This document shows positions 1-11,672 of a stretch of DNA of 64,000 bases, piece by piece. The stretch covers positions 57,288,001 to 57,352,000 of the forward strand of contig NC_043008.1 of the NCBI RefSeq assembly GCF_006345805.1, given 5' to 3'. Source of the DNA: Octopus sinensis. Lineage: Eukaryota. A model generated the notes under the pieces. The model had not been told where the DNA came from. It worked only from the letters and a program-made list of their open reading frames with translations, and did not search any database. Numbering within the stretch: the stretch's first letter is position 1; each line of letters starts with the position of its first letter. Both the position numbers and the translations under genes were made by a program.

Positions 1-1300
1 GACAGCGGCGAGGTGGAACTGGAACCACCACCAAAGAGAAAGGAATGGTACAATAAAAGGACCATTATTTACAGGGTGTTCGCGAACGAAAGAAAGAAAA
101 TAGAGGTTGTAAACATGGAGTGGATAGAGGAGGCCCTGAGAAGATCGGAGGAGGAAATCATTTTTCTGACTCGAGGATCGAAGTACGGTACTGTAGTGGT
201 ACATTTTAAAAGTGAGACTGCAGCGAGGAAGATGGCGGTGAAGGCGGTGAAGTCAGAAAAGGTAACACTTTTACCTATGTATTTGAATAGAAGGATTACA
301 CGAGTGAGGGTGGAGGGAGTGCCACGAAACGTTGAGGCTAAGTGGATTGTGGCGGCTGTGATCAGCGGCCACGAGGAGAAAGTGGATATTCTCCATGCCT
401 CGGTCAAGACCGAGGGCTGGAGAGGCGTAACAGTGGAGCTGAACGTGCAGGCAGAAAACGAGGTACTGGTGGACCTGGCGGAAAGCATTAAATTGGAGAC
501 GTGATTATGAGAGTGTGGGTGGAGGGCAGAGCTCCACGTTGTTACAAGTGTGGCCTGAGGGGCCACATAAGAGCCTTCTGCCCTCCCCCACCAAGAGAAA
601 AGGAAATCGTTGAGGAAGCTCCAAAAGAGGAGGCCCCCAAAAGAGGAAGAAATTAAAGAGAAGCAGACGGAAGGGAAACGACAGAGGAGGAGGAGATGCA
701 AAAAGAGTGTGAGGAGGGCAGAAAGAAGAGAAAAGGAAAGAAAAGGAAAAACTGTGCGAAGCCCCAACCCACCCCAACACCACCCACACCCTGGAGACCC
801 ATCCTGCCCCTGCAAACAGCAATCCCCCACTCCCCGCCTACAAGAAAAACGAAAACAGACACGCAGAACATACAAAGGCCCCAGTCCTACTTTTTATGTG
901 TTGTGAGGAAGGGGGATACCGAGAACGCAAGAAGGCTTTTTGAGGACGATGTATGGCAAGAGTATGAAACGGTAGCTACGCGGTGTTCGATTTTGAACTT
1001 ATGGGCTCTTTGATGAGCAAGTGTAATGAACTACGTATAAATTGTTTTTCAGCGTATATGAAGGATGATATGATAGAGAGGTATGAAAGAGAAATGAAGG
1101 GTGAGGTGAAAGACTTTGGAATCGTGATAGGAAACGGAAAGGTAAGTGATGCTGGCGGAGGGGGCCGTTAACATCGCTTTCATATTATCATTTTTTCATT
1201 TTAACATTCATTTACTCATAATTTTAATCACATTGTTTTATGTCCCCCATGTTTTGTAATGTTCCCTCTTCGTGGCTCCTAGTGGGTAATAAAGAAATAG
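1..1300 (+). mobile_element. Decayed Tx1/L1-type ORF1 (gag-like, CCHC knuckle) followed directly by a 3' UTR and AATAAA; no ORF2; 5' end lies outside the window
   Basis: Frame is open from nt 1 to 504. After a frameshift at ~495 it reads DVIMRVWVEGRAPRCYKCGLRGHIRAFC (CX2CX4HX4C). Further frameshifted coding runs to TAA at 1171, then a T-rich UTR and GTGGGTAATAAAGAAATAG (1282-1300). Confidence 0.7.
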
Positions 1301-1559
1301 ATCAGTTGTCTGTTCGTCTTCGCTACGTAAGGTTGGTAGTTTATTTATGATGTGTTCAGAATCAGTTCTGCTGAGGATCATAAGATGCAGTTGAATGTGA
1401 AATCACGGTGATACAGAACTAAATTCATTTTTTAAATGTCTTGCTTTGAAAAACTGCATTTGGGTATGATTAGTATAATTTTGGTAGTAATGACTTAGTC
1501 CCTCTTAGTGTGAGGCATTTATGTGTAATAATGCCCTCTATACAATATATATATATATA

Positions 1560-1860
1560 TTGAGGTTATAAGAGGTAATGGTGTCATTGAGACCCAACGG
1601 TACCAGGTAATACTGAATAAGTACTATAGACAGACCATAGTTAAGTTCCAGGTTCGGTAATTTGGCGAATAAAGGGTTCAACGTTGGTCATATGTCAGCG
1701 TGTGCATATAAGTATAGTTTGCGCAATGAGATAAAAAAAAAACCAAGGCTGTGTACATATTAGAACATTTATAGATAGAAGGTCTTATAGCTGTTTCTAG
1801 GATATTTATTAATTATATCCCTTCATCAGAGATGGTGTGAGAGGATGGTTAAGTAATAGT
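1560..1860 (-). mobile_element. Penelope-like element terminal (pLTR-type) fragment
   Basis: Carries a CTGATGA...GAAAC minimal hammerhead motif. A short LVPLGLND peptide resembles PLE GIY-YIG C-termini (weak support). Confidence 0.5.
1781..1832 (-). ncRNA. Minimal type I hammerhead ribozyme motif, probably degenerate
   Basis: Minus strand reads TCT-CTGATGA-A-GGGATAT-loop-ATATCCT-A-GAAAC-AGCT-ATA-AGA: conserved core, 7-bp stem II, palindromic AGCU loop III and 3-bp stem I. Position 16.2 is A, which mismatches C15.2. Confidence 0.5.
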
Positions 1861-2441
1861 TAATTTAGATAGGTTTTTTTTATATCATTACGCAAAAAAT
1901 TCTTTTATATATATATAAGGCTTCCACACACTTTCCATTTAACAAATTCACTTACAATGCATTGCTCGAAGACACCTGCCTCAGCTGCCTTGCAGTGAGA
2001 CTGGACCCCGAAACCACGTGGCTGGAAAGCGAGTTGTTTAATCACTTAACTATGCGGCCATGCACTCAAGACATGAAAAAAAATGAATATGTTTTTAATC
2101 CTGAAGATTTATTCATATTTCAGTTTACAAATATCTTAAAATAGTTTTCCAAATAAATCAAAAACAAAATTTATTATTGGTCAAGAAAACATACTGTCGC
2201 ATATTTTTTTATACGATTTTGTATTTAGGAATAATGAAGAAACAATATTATTGTAATAAAAGTATGGTGAAAAATTAAAATTTATTCATACAAAGATAAT
2301 GAAAACAACCTTGTTTTTTGGTTTTGAGAACAGAAAATAAGTGGTATAGACTTAACAACAATTGGTGGCCTTTTCTAAAGTACCAGACAAACACTGCCTA
2401 ATTATGAGACATTGATGAAAGCTAAATTTAACACGGTGTAT

Positions 2442-4347
2442 TTAAAATAGATGCCACCAATAATGAATTCCATTGTTCTTCAGAAACTTCTTAAACTGAG
2501 TAAAACATGCAAATGAAAAACTAAATCTTTTAAATAAAATATTCAAAGAAAATTTGTTTTGTTTTGTTTTGTTCTAATTAAAACAATACACATTTATTTG
2601 TTTGTATATTTTAATTTAGGAGTTTGTTGTTTTTGTTGTTTTTTTCTTTCTTGATTTCAGTGTCTGGTTTGCGGTCATACAGGGAGGACTGCATTGAAGG
2701 GCTTCGTCGGATAAATTGACCGCATTGCTTATCCTTTTTTGAAGCCTGGTAATAATTTCGAGAACATTCTCTGGTGACTATAAATTAACTAAAAACTAAT
2801 TACAGATCATCGTTGTCTTTTAGTTTCCTCTATTCCTAGCTTTAGGCGGCCTCTGAGTTTCAACATGTATTTACCTTGGCAGATAAAGAAAAGACGGTGC
2901 CCCTGACAGTTTTTGAGTCTTCTGAGCTTGGTGAGAGAAAAGGAACATCTATATTCATCCCGGGTGGCTAGTAAGAATGCTTGTAACTGAGTGCGTTCTA
3001 CTACGAGCGCCCAAAGGACGGATAAAGTCATTCACTCAAGATCATCACCCATCCCGGATCTTTTCACTTTGACCGGCAGATTTTTTAAATAATTTCTTTG
3101 TAACTAAACACTTTTAAACTTCGTATTCTGGTAGAATGTGTTACATAAAACATCTTTTTCTCTTGGCTTTCTTGAGAAAATTCTGTAGTTTGTAAGCTAT
3201 TTCTTGTTAAATTTCTTGCATTTGGCAATTTCAACCAATCAATGACGTGTCTATTGAGGTGAATACAATTTCTGTTGTATAAAAGTGTTTAGTTACAAAG
3301 AAATTGTTTAAAAAATCTGCCGGTCAAAGTGAAAAGATCCCCCATCGCTTCTAACAGGCTTACACGTAGTTTCCGATCACCAAGTTTCACTCAGAAAGCA
3401 TCGACCCTCGGGAGACCATCGTAGAAGACATCTTTCCTGAGGTTCCACGCAGGAGCCTCCAACGCGAAACTCCGTATTTTCACTGCAAACTTCTCGACCA
3501 CTCAAAAATGCTTATTGAAGTGATACCAGACGATCACTGAATGAAATAATATGATAGCTGCAGAAAGTCTTAGTTGCTTCGCTACCAAAGGAAAAATAAA
3601 AATATTCGTTTCCGAAATATTTCCTTATTTACTATATTTTCTCTTTGCTTCAAATTGGTTGTTCTGGCACACACTTAGAATCTGAGATTTATACATCAAT
3701 GAAGGACGTTTATTACAATGTAAATCAATTTACATCAATTTTTATGACGGAAGAAATTTAAGACGATATATGAAACAGTATATTGCATTTCTTCGTCCAT
3801 AGCTTTTACATTACCACCAAAGATTCTTCCATAATTTCACACCACGTAGAAGCTGTAAAAGAAGATAATTATAACTAGATTTATAACTATATTATATTAC
3901 TTACCATGATATCAACAATTATATTAATATTTCGAGCTTCACGATACATTGTGTAAATGTTAAGAACCAAAGAAAGAGGCTTGTGGATTGCAAGAACCAG
4001 CGAAGTAGTGGCTTCATTGCCACGTACGGTGGCACAGTGGGTAGCAGAGTCCAATGTGTAACTAGGTTCCTGGCTGGTTATTAAAAATATAAATTAGAGA
4101 TTCAGATATTTATCCTCTGGTGTCTTCAAAGACATACGGTTCTGTTTCCCACCCACATGGTGCACGGTTCGGTTCCATTGCGTAGTATTCTGAGCTAAAG
4201 TCTTCTGCAACAGCCCCGAGACGACAAAGCTAGGCCTTGGGAGTGAATCCCGTTGTATAGACTGATAGATAGATAGATAGATAGATAGATAGGCAGACAG
4301 ACAGATCGATAGATAGATAGATAGATAGATAGGCAGACAGACAGATC

Positions 4348-4388
<41 letters not shown>

Positions 4389-4398
4389 GCAGACAGAC

Positions 4399-4440
<42 letters not shown>

Positions 4441-5367
4441 CTTTCTTTATTGGCCACACAGGGCTGAATACAGAGGGAACAAATACAAATGTAGAGCTTT
4501 TCTTTTCGAAGATGGAAAAAGAAATAAGTACCAGTTACACATTGGGGTCGATATAATCGACATAATTCCTGTCTGTCCTTGTTTGTCCCCTCTATGTTTA
4601 GCCCCTTGTGGGCAATAAAGAAATATGAAACAAGTAAAAGAATAAAAGAATAACATGATTTATAGTTTTGCTTTACAGGAGAATAATAAATAAAATAAGA
4701 CTGTAAGGTTAAGCGTGTTTTTTCTAAATTTTATCTATGAAACACTGTCTGTTTCCATTTTGCGTTTCATACGCATTAGGGAATCAGTAATTATGTTTTC
4801 GTAGGAAATATACCAATGATTATTCTTGTAACTTGATTACAAGTGCACCATGAAGTCTAAAAAATTTTGAGAACCGCTGAACTAAATTGACGAATAAAAT
4901 GGTGATAGAATTACTAGAGTCATGGACAAAATGGCGCCCATGGTGGGTCGGACAGAACTGAGTAGTGAACAACATGGTGGCATCGGAGGCGGTGGTGGGA
5001 GTATTTGTGGTTGTGGCGGTGTTGGTGGTGCTGCTGCTGGTGATGCTGTTATTTGTGGTGGTGATGATATCTGTGGCGGTGTTGGTGTTGGTGTTGTAGG
5101 TTGTTGTGGTTGTTGTGATGGTGATGGTGATAATGGAGGTGAAGTTGGTGTTGGAGGATGTGGTGGTGGTGATGTTGGACTAGCAGAATTGTATCTAAAC
5201 TTTACCCATTGTCGATGCTGAATCGATTTTGGTCTCCTGATATATATTGCGTTTTTAAACACAACACGTCCACAAGAGTTCTCTCCTGATGAATACCACA
5301 ATAAATTTGCCCCCTCCAGGTGTATTTACATAAAGTATGATAACCAAATGTGCATTCTAATATGCTT
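2442..5367 (-). CDS. Candidate 3' exons of an unidentified gene (5367-5206, 4073-3905, 3852-3815, 2926-2875, 2495-2442)
   Basis: Five GT-AG bounded segments join in one open frame of ~157 aa ending [17 protein letters not shown]. No homolog recognised, and splice sites were partly chosen to keep the frame. Confidence 0.25.
3056..3340. mobile_element. MITE with 61-bp terminal inverted repeats
   Basis: 3056-3116 and 3280-3340 are reverse complements with 1 mismatch (GGATCTTTTCACTTTGACCGGCAG...). Same family as 22219-22412. Confidence 0.85.
4263..4439. repeat. (GATA)n/(GACA)n microsatellite
   Basis: Direct reading. Confidence 0.97.
4530..4625 (+). mobile_element. SINE family B, 3' part
   Basis: AAGTACCAGTTAC...GGGGTCGAT...TTAGCCCCTTGTGGGCAATAAAGAAAT, matching full copies elsewhere in the window. 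Confidence 0.85.
4975..5180. repeat. Degenerate (GGT/GTT/GAT)n low-complexity tract
   Basis: Direct reading; source of the Gly-rich and Pro/Thr-rich ORFs. Confidence 0.85.
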
Positions 5368-5557
5368 CTGTTGCATACAACAGATAGTGAATTGTGTGTA
5401 AATGCCACATCATACGTTCAAATTAAACTACAGATTTTTAAAGTTTAATGTCAGCCGTCACTCATCAACGACTAAGTCTTGATGACATGTACCACGCTTT
5501 CGTTAATTATTTTAGGGGCCTATGTAGTTTGTGACATAGTCATAGGCAAAATCTAAA

Positions 5558-5743
5558 AAGCGGTTCCCAACCTGCGGTCTGTGGACCCCTGGTGGTCCGC
5601 AAAGGTAGTACTGGTGGTCCGCAAAGTACTGGTGGTCCGTGAACTAAATTCAAGATTTTATATATAAATATATACATAAGGATAAGCATATTAAGAGGGG
5701 TCTGTGGAAAAACTCGTTCCAATAAAAGGGTTGGGAACCACTG
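5558..5743. mobile_element. hAT-type MITE
   Basis: TIRs (A)AGCGGTTCCCAACC / GGTTGGGAACCACTG with internal GGTGGTCCG subterminal repeats. TSD not clear. Confidence 0.7.
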
Positions 5744-6204
5744 TTGGGAGTCACTGTGAAAAGTTTGGGAAGCAATGATCTAAGCTCTCATACCCATAGA
5801 CCTAGCGGCGTATCCAGGATGCAAGATCTGAATGTAGAGAGAGGAAAAGATGCACCTATGAATAGCTGAGTAGACAGGGGCATCAGGAAATGAAGTGACT
5901 TGCGTTGTTCGGCCCAGTAATTGAACCTGCGATATTATGATCGTCAGTTGAACACACTCACCACTCGGCAACGCGCCTTCACACGTAATAGAAAATGTAT
6001 TTTAATATATTATATACTGAAATTAAAAGCGAGGGTGGACATGGTTAGGACACCTTTCAATATTGGCATTGCTCACTTAGGGCTTCGAAAGAGTTAAATA
6101 CAATCAGTGAATCAATAAATAAGGATATAATGAGAAAGAACAAAATCGGCAGATCAGCCCGTTTTATACATTGCTTTCAAATTTTGATACAAGGCTCCCA
6201 ATTT

Positions 6205-6848
6205 CGGGTAAAGATCTAAGTCAATTACCAGTGTTCCCGTGGTACCTATTTTATCGAAGGTTAGTCGATTACATCGACCCCAGTAGTTGTTTATTGGTAG
6301 TTGTTTTAGTTATTCCGAAAGGAGGAAAGGCAAAGTCGACCTCGGCAGAATTTGAACTCAGAATGTAAAGACGGGCGCAGTGCCACTAAGCATTTTGCCC
6401 AGCGTGCTAATGATTTTCCCAGCTCGCCGCTTTACAAGATTTATATATTTATATTCTTTTCAATTCTAGGCACAAGATCCAAATTTTTTTGGTGGGGGGA
6501 GCAGTCGATTAGATCGACCTCAGTACGCAACTGGTACTTAATTTATCGACTCCGAAGGATGAAAGGCAAAGTCGATCTCGGTGGAATTTGAACTCAAAAC
6601 GTAGCGATAGTCGAAATATCACTAAGTATATTAATAATCTTTTCTACTATAGGTACATGGCCTGAAATTTGGCGGAAGCAGAGCAGTCGATTACATCTAA
6701 CCCAGTGGGTAACTGGTACTTAATTTATCGACCTCAAAAGGATGAAAAGCAAAGTCGTCCTCGACGAAATTTGAGCTCAGAACGTAGACGGACGAAATAC
6801 CGCTAAACATTTCGTCCAGCATGCTAACGATTGTACCAGCTCGACGCT
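6205..6848 (-). mobile_element. Three adjacent SINE family B copies with the alternative tail
   Basis: Three repeats of the core GGATGAAAGGCAAAGTCGACCTCGG...ATTTGAACTCAGAA at ~6320, ~6560 and ~6745, all in the same orientation. Confidence 0.85.
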
Positions 6849-7299
6849 TTTATATTTACATTAATAATACCTGACGTCTTGATTATAGTTTAAATGTTTA
6901 AGCATTTTCTAATTGATAATTAATTACTAACATCTTAATTAGAGATTAAATAAGAGCATTCCTGGTTTGCTAGTATCTAATTAAAATATCGTTTATTGCT
7001 CTATAAATCGAATAGAAGAAAATATTTTCCCCAATGCAATGTAGTTACAAATATTCGAAAATAAAATATATGAAAATAAATGAATCAAAACTGAATATTG
7101 TACTTTTCTGTTGACAAAATAGATTTATCAGGAAAAACAATCGAGTTTCTAGAAAAACAAATAGGTAATAAAAATACAAATAAAAATAAGCGAAACTTTT
7201 ATTACTTATTTTCCTAGAAAATCGAATAATTCTTCCTGGTAAATAATATAATATTTAATTATCATTTATAAATATTTTTCAAATATTTGTATATATATA

Positions 7300-7620
7300 G
7301 CCGCAGAAGTGGCTGTGTGGTAAGTAGCTTGCTTACCAACCACATGGTTCCGGGTTCATTCCCACTGCGTGGCACCTTGGGCAAGTGTCTTCTACTATAG
7401 CCCCGGGCCGACCAAAGCCTTGTGAGTGGATTTGGTAGACGGAAACTGAAAGAAGCCCGTCGTATATATATATATTGTATATATATGTATGTGTGTGTGT
7501 GTCTGTGTTTGTCCCCCCAACATCGCTTGACAACCGATGCTGGTATGTTTACGTTCCCGTAACTTAGCGGTTCGGTAAAAGAGGCCGCAGTCAAATGACT
7601 GAAACAAGTAAAAGAGTAAA
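7300..7620 (+). mobile_element. SINE family A (tRNA-like head, internal (TA)n(TG)n), internally deleted
   Basis: GTGGCTGTGTGGTAAG...GGTTCCGGGTTCA head; ends GACTGAAACAAGTAAAAGAGTAAA. Confidence 0.9.
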
Positions 7621-8399
7621 ATAGTATACATATACTAGCAGTAAAACCCTTCGTTGATTGGGTAATTACTTTTACTGTTTATCGGAAGCCATATTGAACC
7701 TGTATGTGTGCATTTTTAGAAGAGAAAACTATGTAATAATTGAAGTAGAATATCAATATCACACATGAACTTGTGTTTGTTTATGATATGACAATAATAA
7801 GTGAGTTGTATGTGTTACTTTATTTATCTAGCATTTCGTTGATGTTCGGTTTCAGATGCACGTCGCTGATCTACAAACTGTGTGCCTGTCTTATCGTCAT
7901 TTTCTGATGCACGTCGTGCATTTGCTTGGTGTTCGTTTTGGGACGGTCATTTTTTATGAGATATGTTTTTGATAATAAATATCAGTAAGTAATAGTGAAA
8001 TGAAATTCGGTTGCTATGTTACAGTAATGCAAGGAAAATAGGTATATTATATAGAAGAATAGCTTAAGGGAATGAGAAATGTTCTTGATAAGGAATATCA
8101 GTAAGTTGTAGTGAAATGAAAGTAGAAATGATGTGTGAATACCAGTAATAGTGAAATTAATTTACAAATGCTGAATGGTGTCAGTGTTTTTGCTGAAATT
8201 CCGACGCTATATTACAGGAATGCAAGGCAAGGCGTTGTGTGGTAATCTTTTTGTTGGTGTGTCGATGATTTTCGTTTTGCTGTGATTTTGTGTCTTCACT
8301 GTCAGATTGTCTCTGCTCATGTGAAAAAAATTTGTATGTTTATATCTGATCAGAAAAGTGAGAAAAATAGGTATATCTGAAACATGAATGAATATACAT

Positions 8400-8433
8400 A
8401 TATGTGTATGTGCGTGTGTGCGTGTGTGCGTGC

Positions 8434-8492
<59 letters not shown>

Positions 8493-8510
8493 CGTTCTTT
8501 TAGAAAGAGA
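8400..8510. repeat. (GT)n/(GTGC)n microsatellite
   Basis: Direct reading. Confidence 0.95.
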
Positions 8511-8950
8511 AAGAGACAGACAGACCGATAAAAAATAGCGGCGTCATTTCTTTAGAGTTTCGCTCTGTTGTGATGAAAGTGGACAAAATACCCACTCTTA
8601 TAATTTTCATTTGTATTTTTCTTTCTTTTCACCTTTTACTTGTTTCAGTCATTAGATTGTGGCCATGCTGGGGTTCCACCTTGGACGTATTGACTGCAGA
8701 ATTTTTTTTTTTTTTTTCTTTTAGTTGTTCAGTCATTAGAGAGAGAGGGAGAGGGGAGAGATTGACTGTGTAGAACAGAACAAAGGGACATTACCTTTAG
8801 TATTGCACACTGTGCTAATCACAATTCACGTATCGAAGTGGTCGCAGAGTAAACTCGAGAAGTGTTTTGCCCAAGAACACATCGCATCACCCTGTCCCAA
8901 AATCGAAATCACAACCTGGCGACCAAAGTGCAACATAATCTATAGTCTAT

Positions 8951-8984
<34 letters not shown>

Positions 8985-8985
<1 letters not shown>

Positions 8986-9235
8986 ATAAAGATAGGATAA
9001 AGATCCCTCTCAAGTCATATAGACACGAACCGCTATTCCTTGTTTCTGTAGCGTATATATTCCCCTCCTGGAACGGATGCTGGTCCGTCGCAGGGTCATT
9101 CATTTTTGCCAGCTGAGTGGACTGGAGCAAGGTGATATGAAGTGTTTTGCTCAAGAACACAACGCGTCACCTGGCGTAGGAATCGAAACCAGAATCTTAC
9201 GATCACGAGTCCAACACCCCTAACCCACGTGCCTA
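8985..9235 (-). mobile_element. SINE family E (tRNA-like head)
   Basis: Reverse complement of the GGCACGTGGGTTAG...GTTTCGATTCC...CTTGAGCAAAACACTTCAT...CAGCTGGCAAAAATGA pattern seen at 16297. Confidence 0.75.
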
Positions 9236-9461
9236 CACACACACACATACACACACACATATACACACCCACATTCAAAGATACATACATTCACATATAC
9301 ATTATTTATATATATATATGTGTGTATATATATTATATATATGTATATATATATATACACACATGCATTTATATGTATGTATATATCATGTGATCATGTG
9401 ACCGACCACACCATCAGATGGGCTACACACACACACACCACATACACACATATTAATACAT

Positions 9462-9500
<39 letters not shown>

Positions 9501-9556
9501 GTATATATGTGTGTGTATGTATATATTTACTAATTTACATATATATATATATATAT

Positions 9557-9594
<38 letters not shown>

Positions 9595-9799
9595 TAAGAT
9601 ATAAATAAGATAGTAATTTATTTTCAAACGCACAAACGCTGACAGAACACCAAAGACGGGATAAAATATCATACAAACCGGAAAAATATGTCAGCAACCA
9701 GCCATGAGAAAATAAATTATCATCTTGTCTGTATCTAACATACACATTTCGGCGCTTCTAAAGCAAACTTTGGTTTGTTTACACACACCCACACAAACC

Positions 9800-9886
<87 letters not shown>

Positions 9887-9935
9887 TATATATATATATA
9901 TATATAGATATATATATATATATATATAATAGTAG
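9235..9935. repeat. Compound (TA)n/(CA)n/(TATG)n microsatellite region
   Basis: Direct reading; a similar tract lies at 10395-10640. Confidence 0.9.
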
Positions 9936-10956
9936 GGGATATAATTCCAAAACTTCCAGGGAAAAATTCAATTTAACAATTTTAAATCAAATTTCACAAT
10001 ATATAATATATGTATATAATTTAGAGAAAAAAAAAACACTATTAAACAATTCAATAAAGAAAGATTTTAGTTAAACCATATAGAAAAACATATCCTATAA
10101 AAAAATACTTATTTTAAAAACCAATAAAGTACAATAAATAGTAAATAGTAAAATATGTTTAAATTTGTGTGTGTGTCTGTGGAGGCACGTGGGTTAGTGT
10201 TTAGGGTGTTGGACCCATGATCGTAAGATTCTGGTTTCGTTTCCTACACCAGGTGATGCGTTGTGTTCTTGAGCGGCTATTTATTGTACTTTATTGATTT
10301 TTAAAATAAGGTTTTTTTATGGTATATGTTTTCTATATGGTGTGAATAACATCTTTTATTATTGAATTGTTTAATAGAGTTTTTTCTCTAAATTACGTAC
10401 ATAAATATATATATATATATGTTTGTACTATGGATGATTATATATATATATATATATATATACATATGTATGTATTATGGATGTATATATTATATCTATA
10501 TATATATATATATATATAATATATTTATAATATATTATATATGTATATATTATATATATATAGGTATATATATATATATGTATGTATGTATGTTATATAT
10601 ATATGTATGTATGTTATATATATATATATATATGATACTATAATAGTATCCCAAGCACTTGAAGCAATAAAGTAACAGTCAACTACAGACGTTCATTATA
10701 TTTCTACTTTCCAATGAAATTCTAAAAGACATCTAAAGCATTATTATATCTAGCAGGAATAGGAATTATAAAATGTATCACGTAAGTGTGATTAGAATAA
10801 CAAAAGATATAAAACCTTGTTGAGTATGGAATTATTAAAGACATCTAGCTAATACAATAGAAATATAAAAGACAAGAAACTACTGTATCGATCTAAGCAA
10901 ATATTATCTTATTATTCATTTCATTTGTTTCATTTAATATTTATTAAATAAATAAG

Positions 10957-11130
10957 TTGGCGAGCTGACAGAATGTTAAGTAGTATTTTGTCAGTTTTCT
11001 GCGGAGGTCGACTTTGCGTTTCATCCTTTCGGGGTCACTAAAATAAATACCAGTTGCACACGTGAGTCGATGTAATCGACTTACCCGCTCACCCGAAATT
11101 GCTGGCCTTGTGCCAACATTTGAAACCAAC
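10957..11130 (+). mobile_element. SINE family B with the alternative tail
   Basis: GGCGAGCTGACAGAATG...GTCGACTTTGCGTTTCATCCTTTCGGGG...CCCGAAATTGCTGGCCTTGTGCCAACATTTGAAACC. Confidence 0.8.
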
Positions 11131-11672
11131 ATTCATTAAATGTCAGAGGTGTTTGACGGCCAAAACTGCAAGTGCGTCGGCGAAAGTACCTTGTGGTATC
11201 TCTTCTGGCCCTCTACGTTCTCAGTTCAAATTTAAACGAGGCAAAATTTATATTTCATCACCCAGAGGTCAATAAAATAAGGCACGGGTCAAATACTGGA
11301 ATCCCGCCCCTCAGACTTGTAGGCCTATCTTGTGCCTAAATCAGAAAGAAATATCAATTAAGGATCTGAACATGAGGTTGGGTTAGGGTCGTGAACAAAC
11401 TAACGCCGATCGTCAAGTGTTACGGAAACATACAGAAACATAAAGGTACACACACACACACGGACAATATATATACACACATACATACACACACACACAC
11501 ACAGCGGTTTCTGTCTCCCACATCTACTCTCAAGGCTTTGGTCATCTCGGTGCTATGGTAGAAGACATTTGCCCAAAGTGCTGCCACGCAGTGGGACCGA
11601 ACCTGAAACCATACACTTATTCTATCTCTGTGATGTTAGATCAAAACACATAATTTCATTATCTCTAAACGT

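Noticed and set aside
4882-5301. 139-aa Pro/Thr-rich ORF (and antisense Gly-rich ORF) resembling a mucin stalk with a hydrophobic tail
   Set aside because: Derived from a degenerate GGT/GTT trinucleotide tract that is open in several frames; no domain or convincing start.
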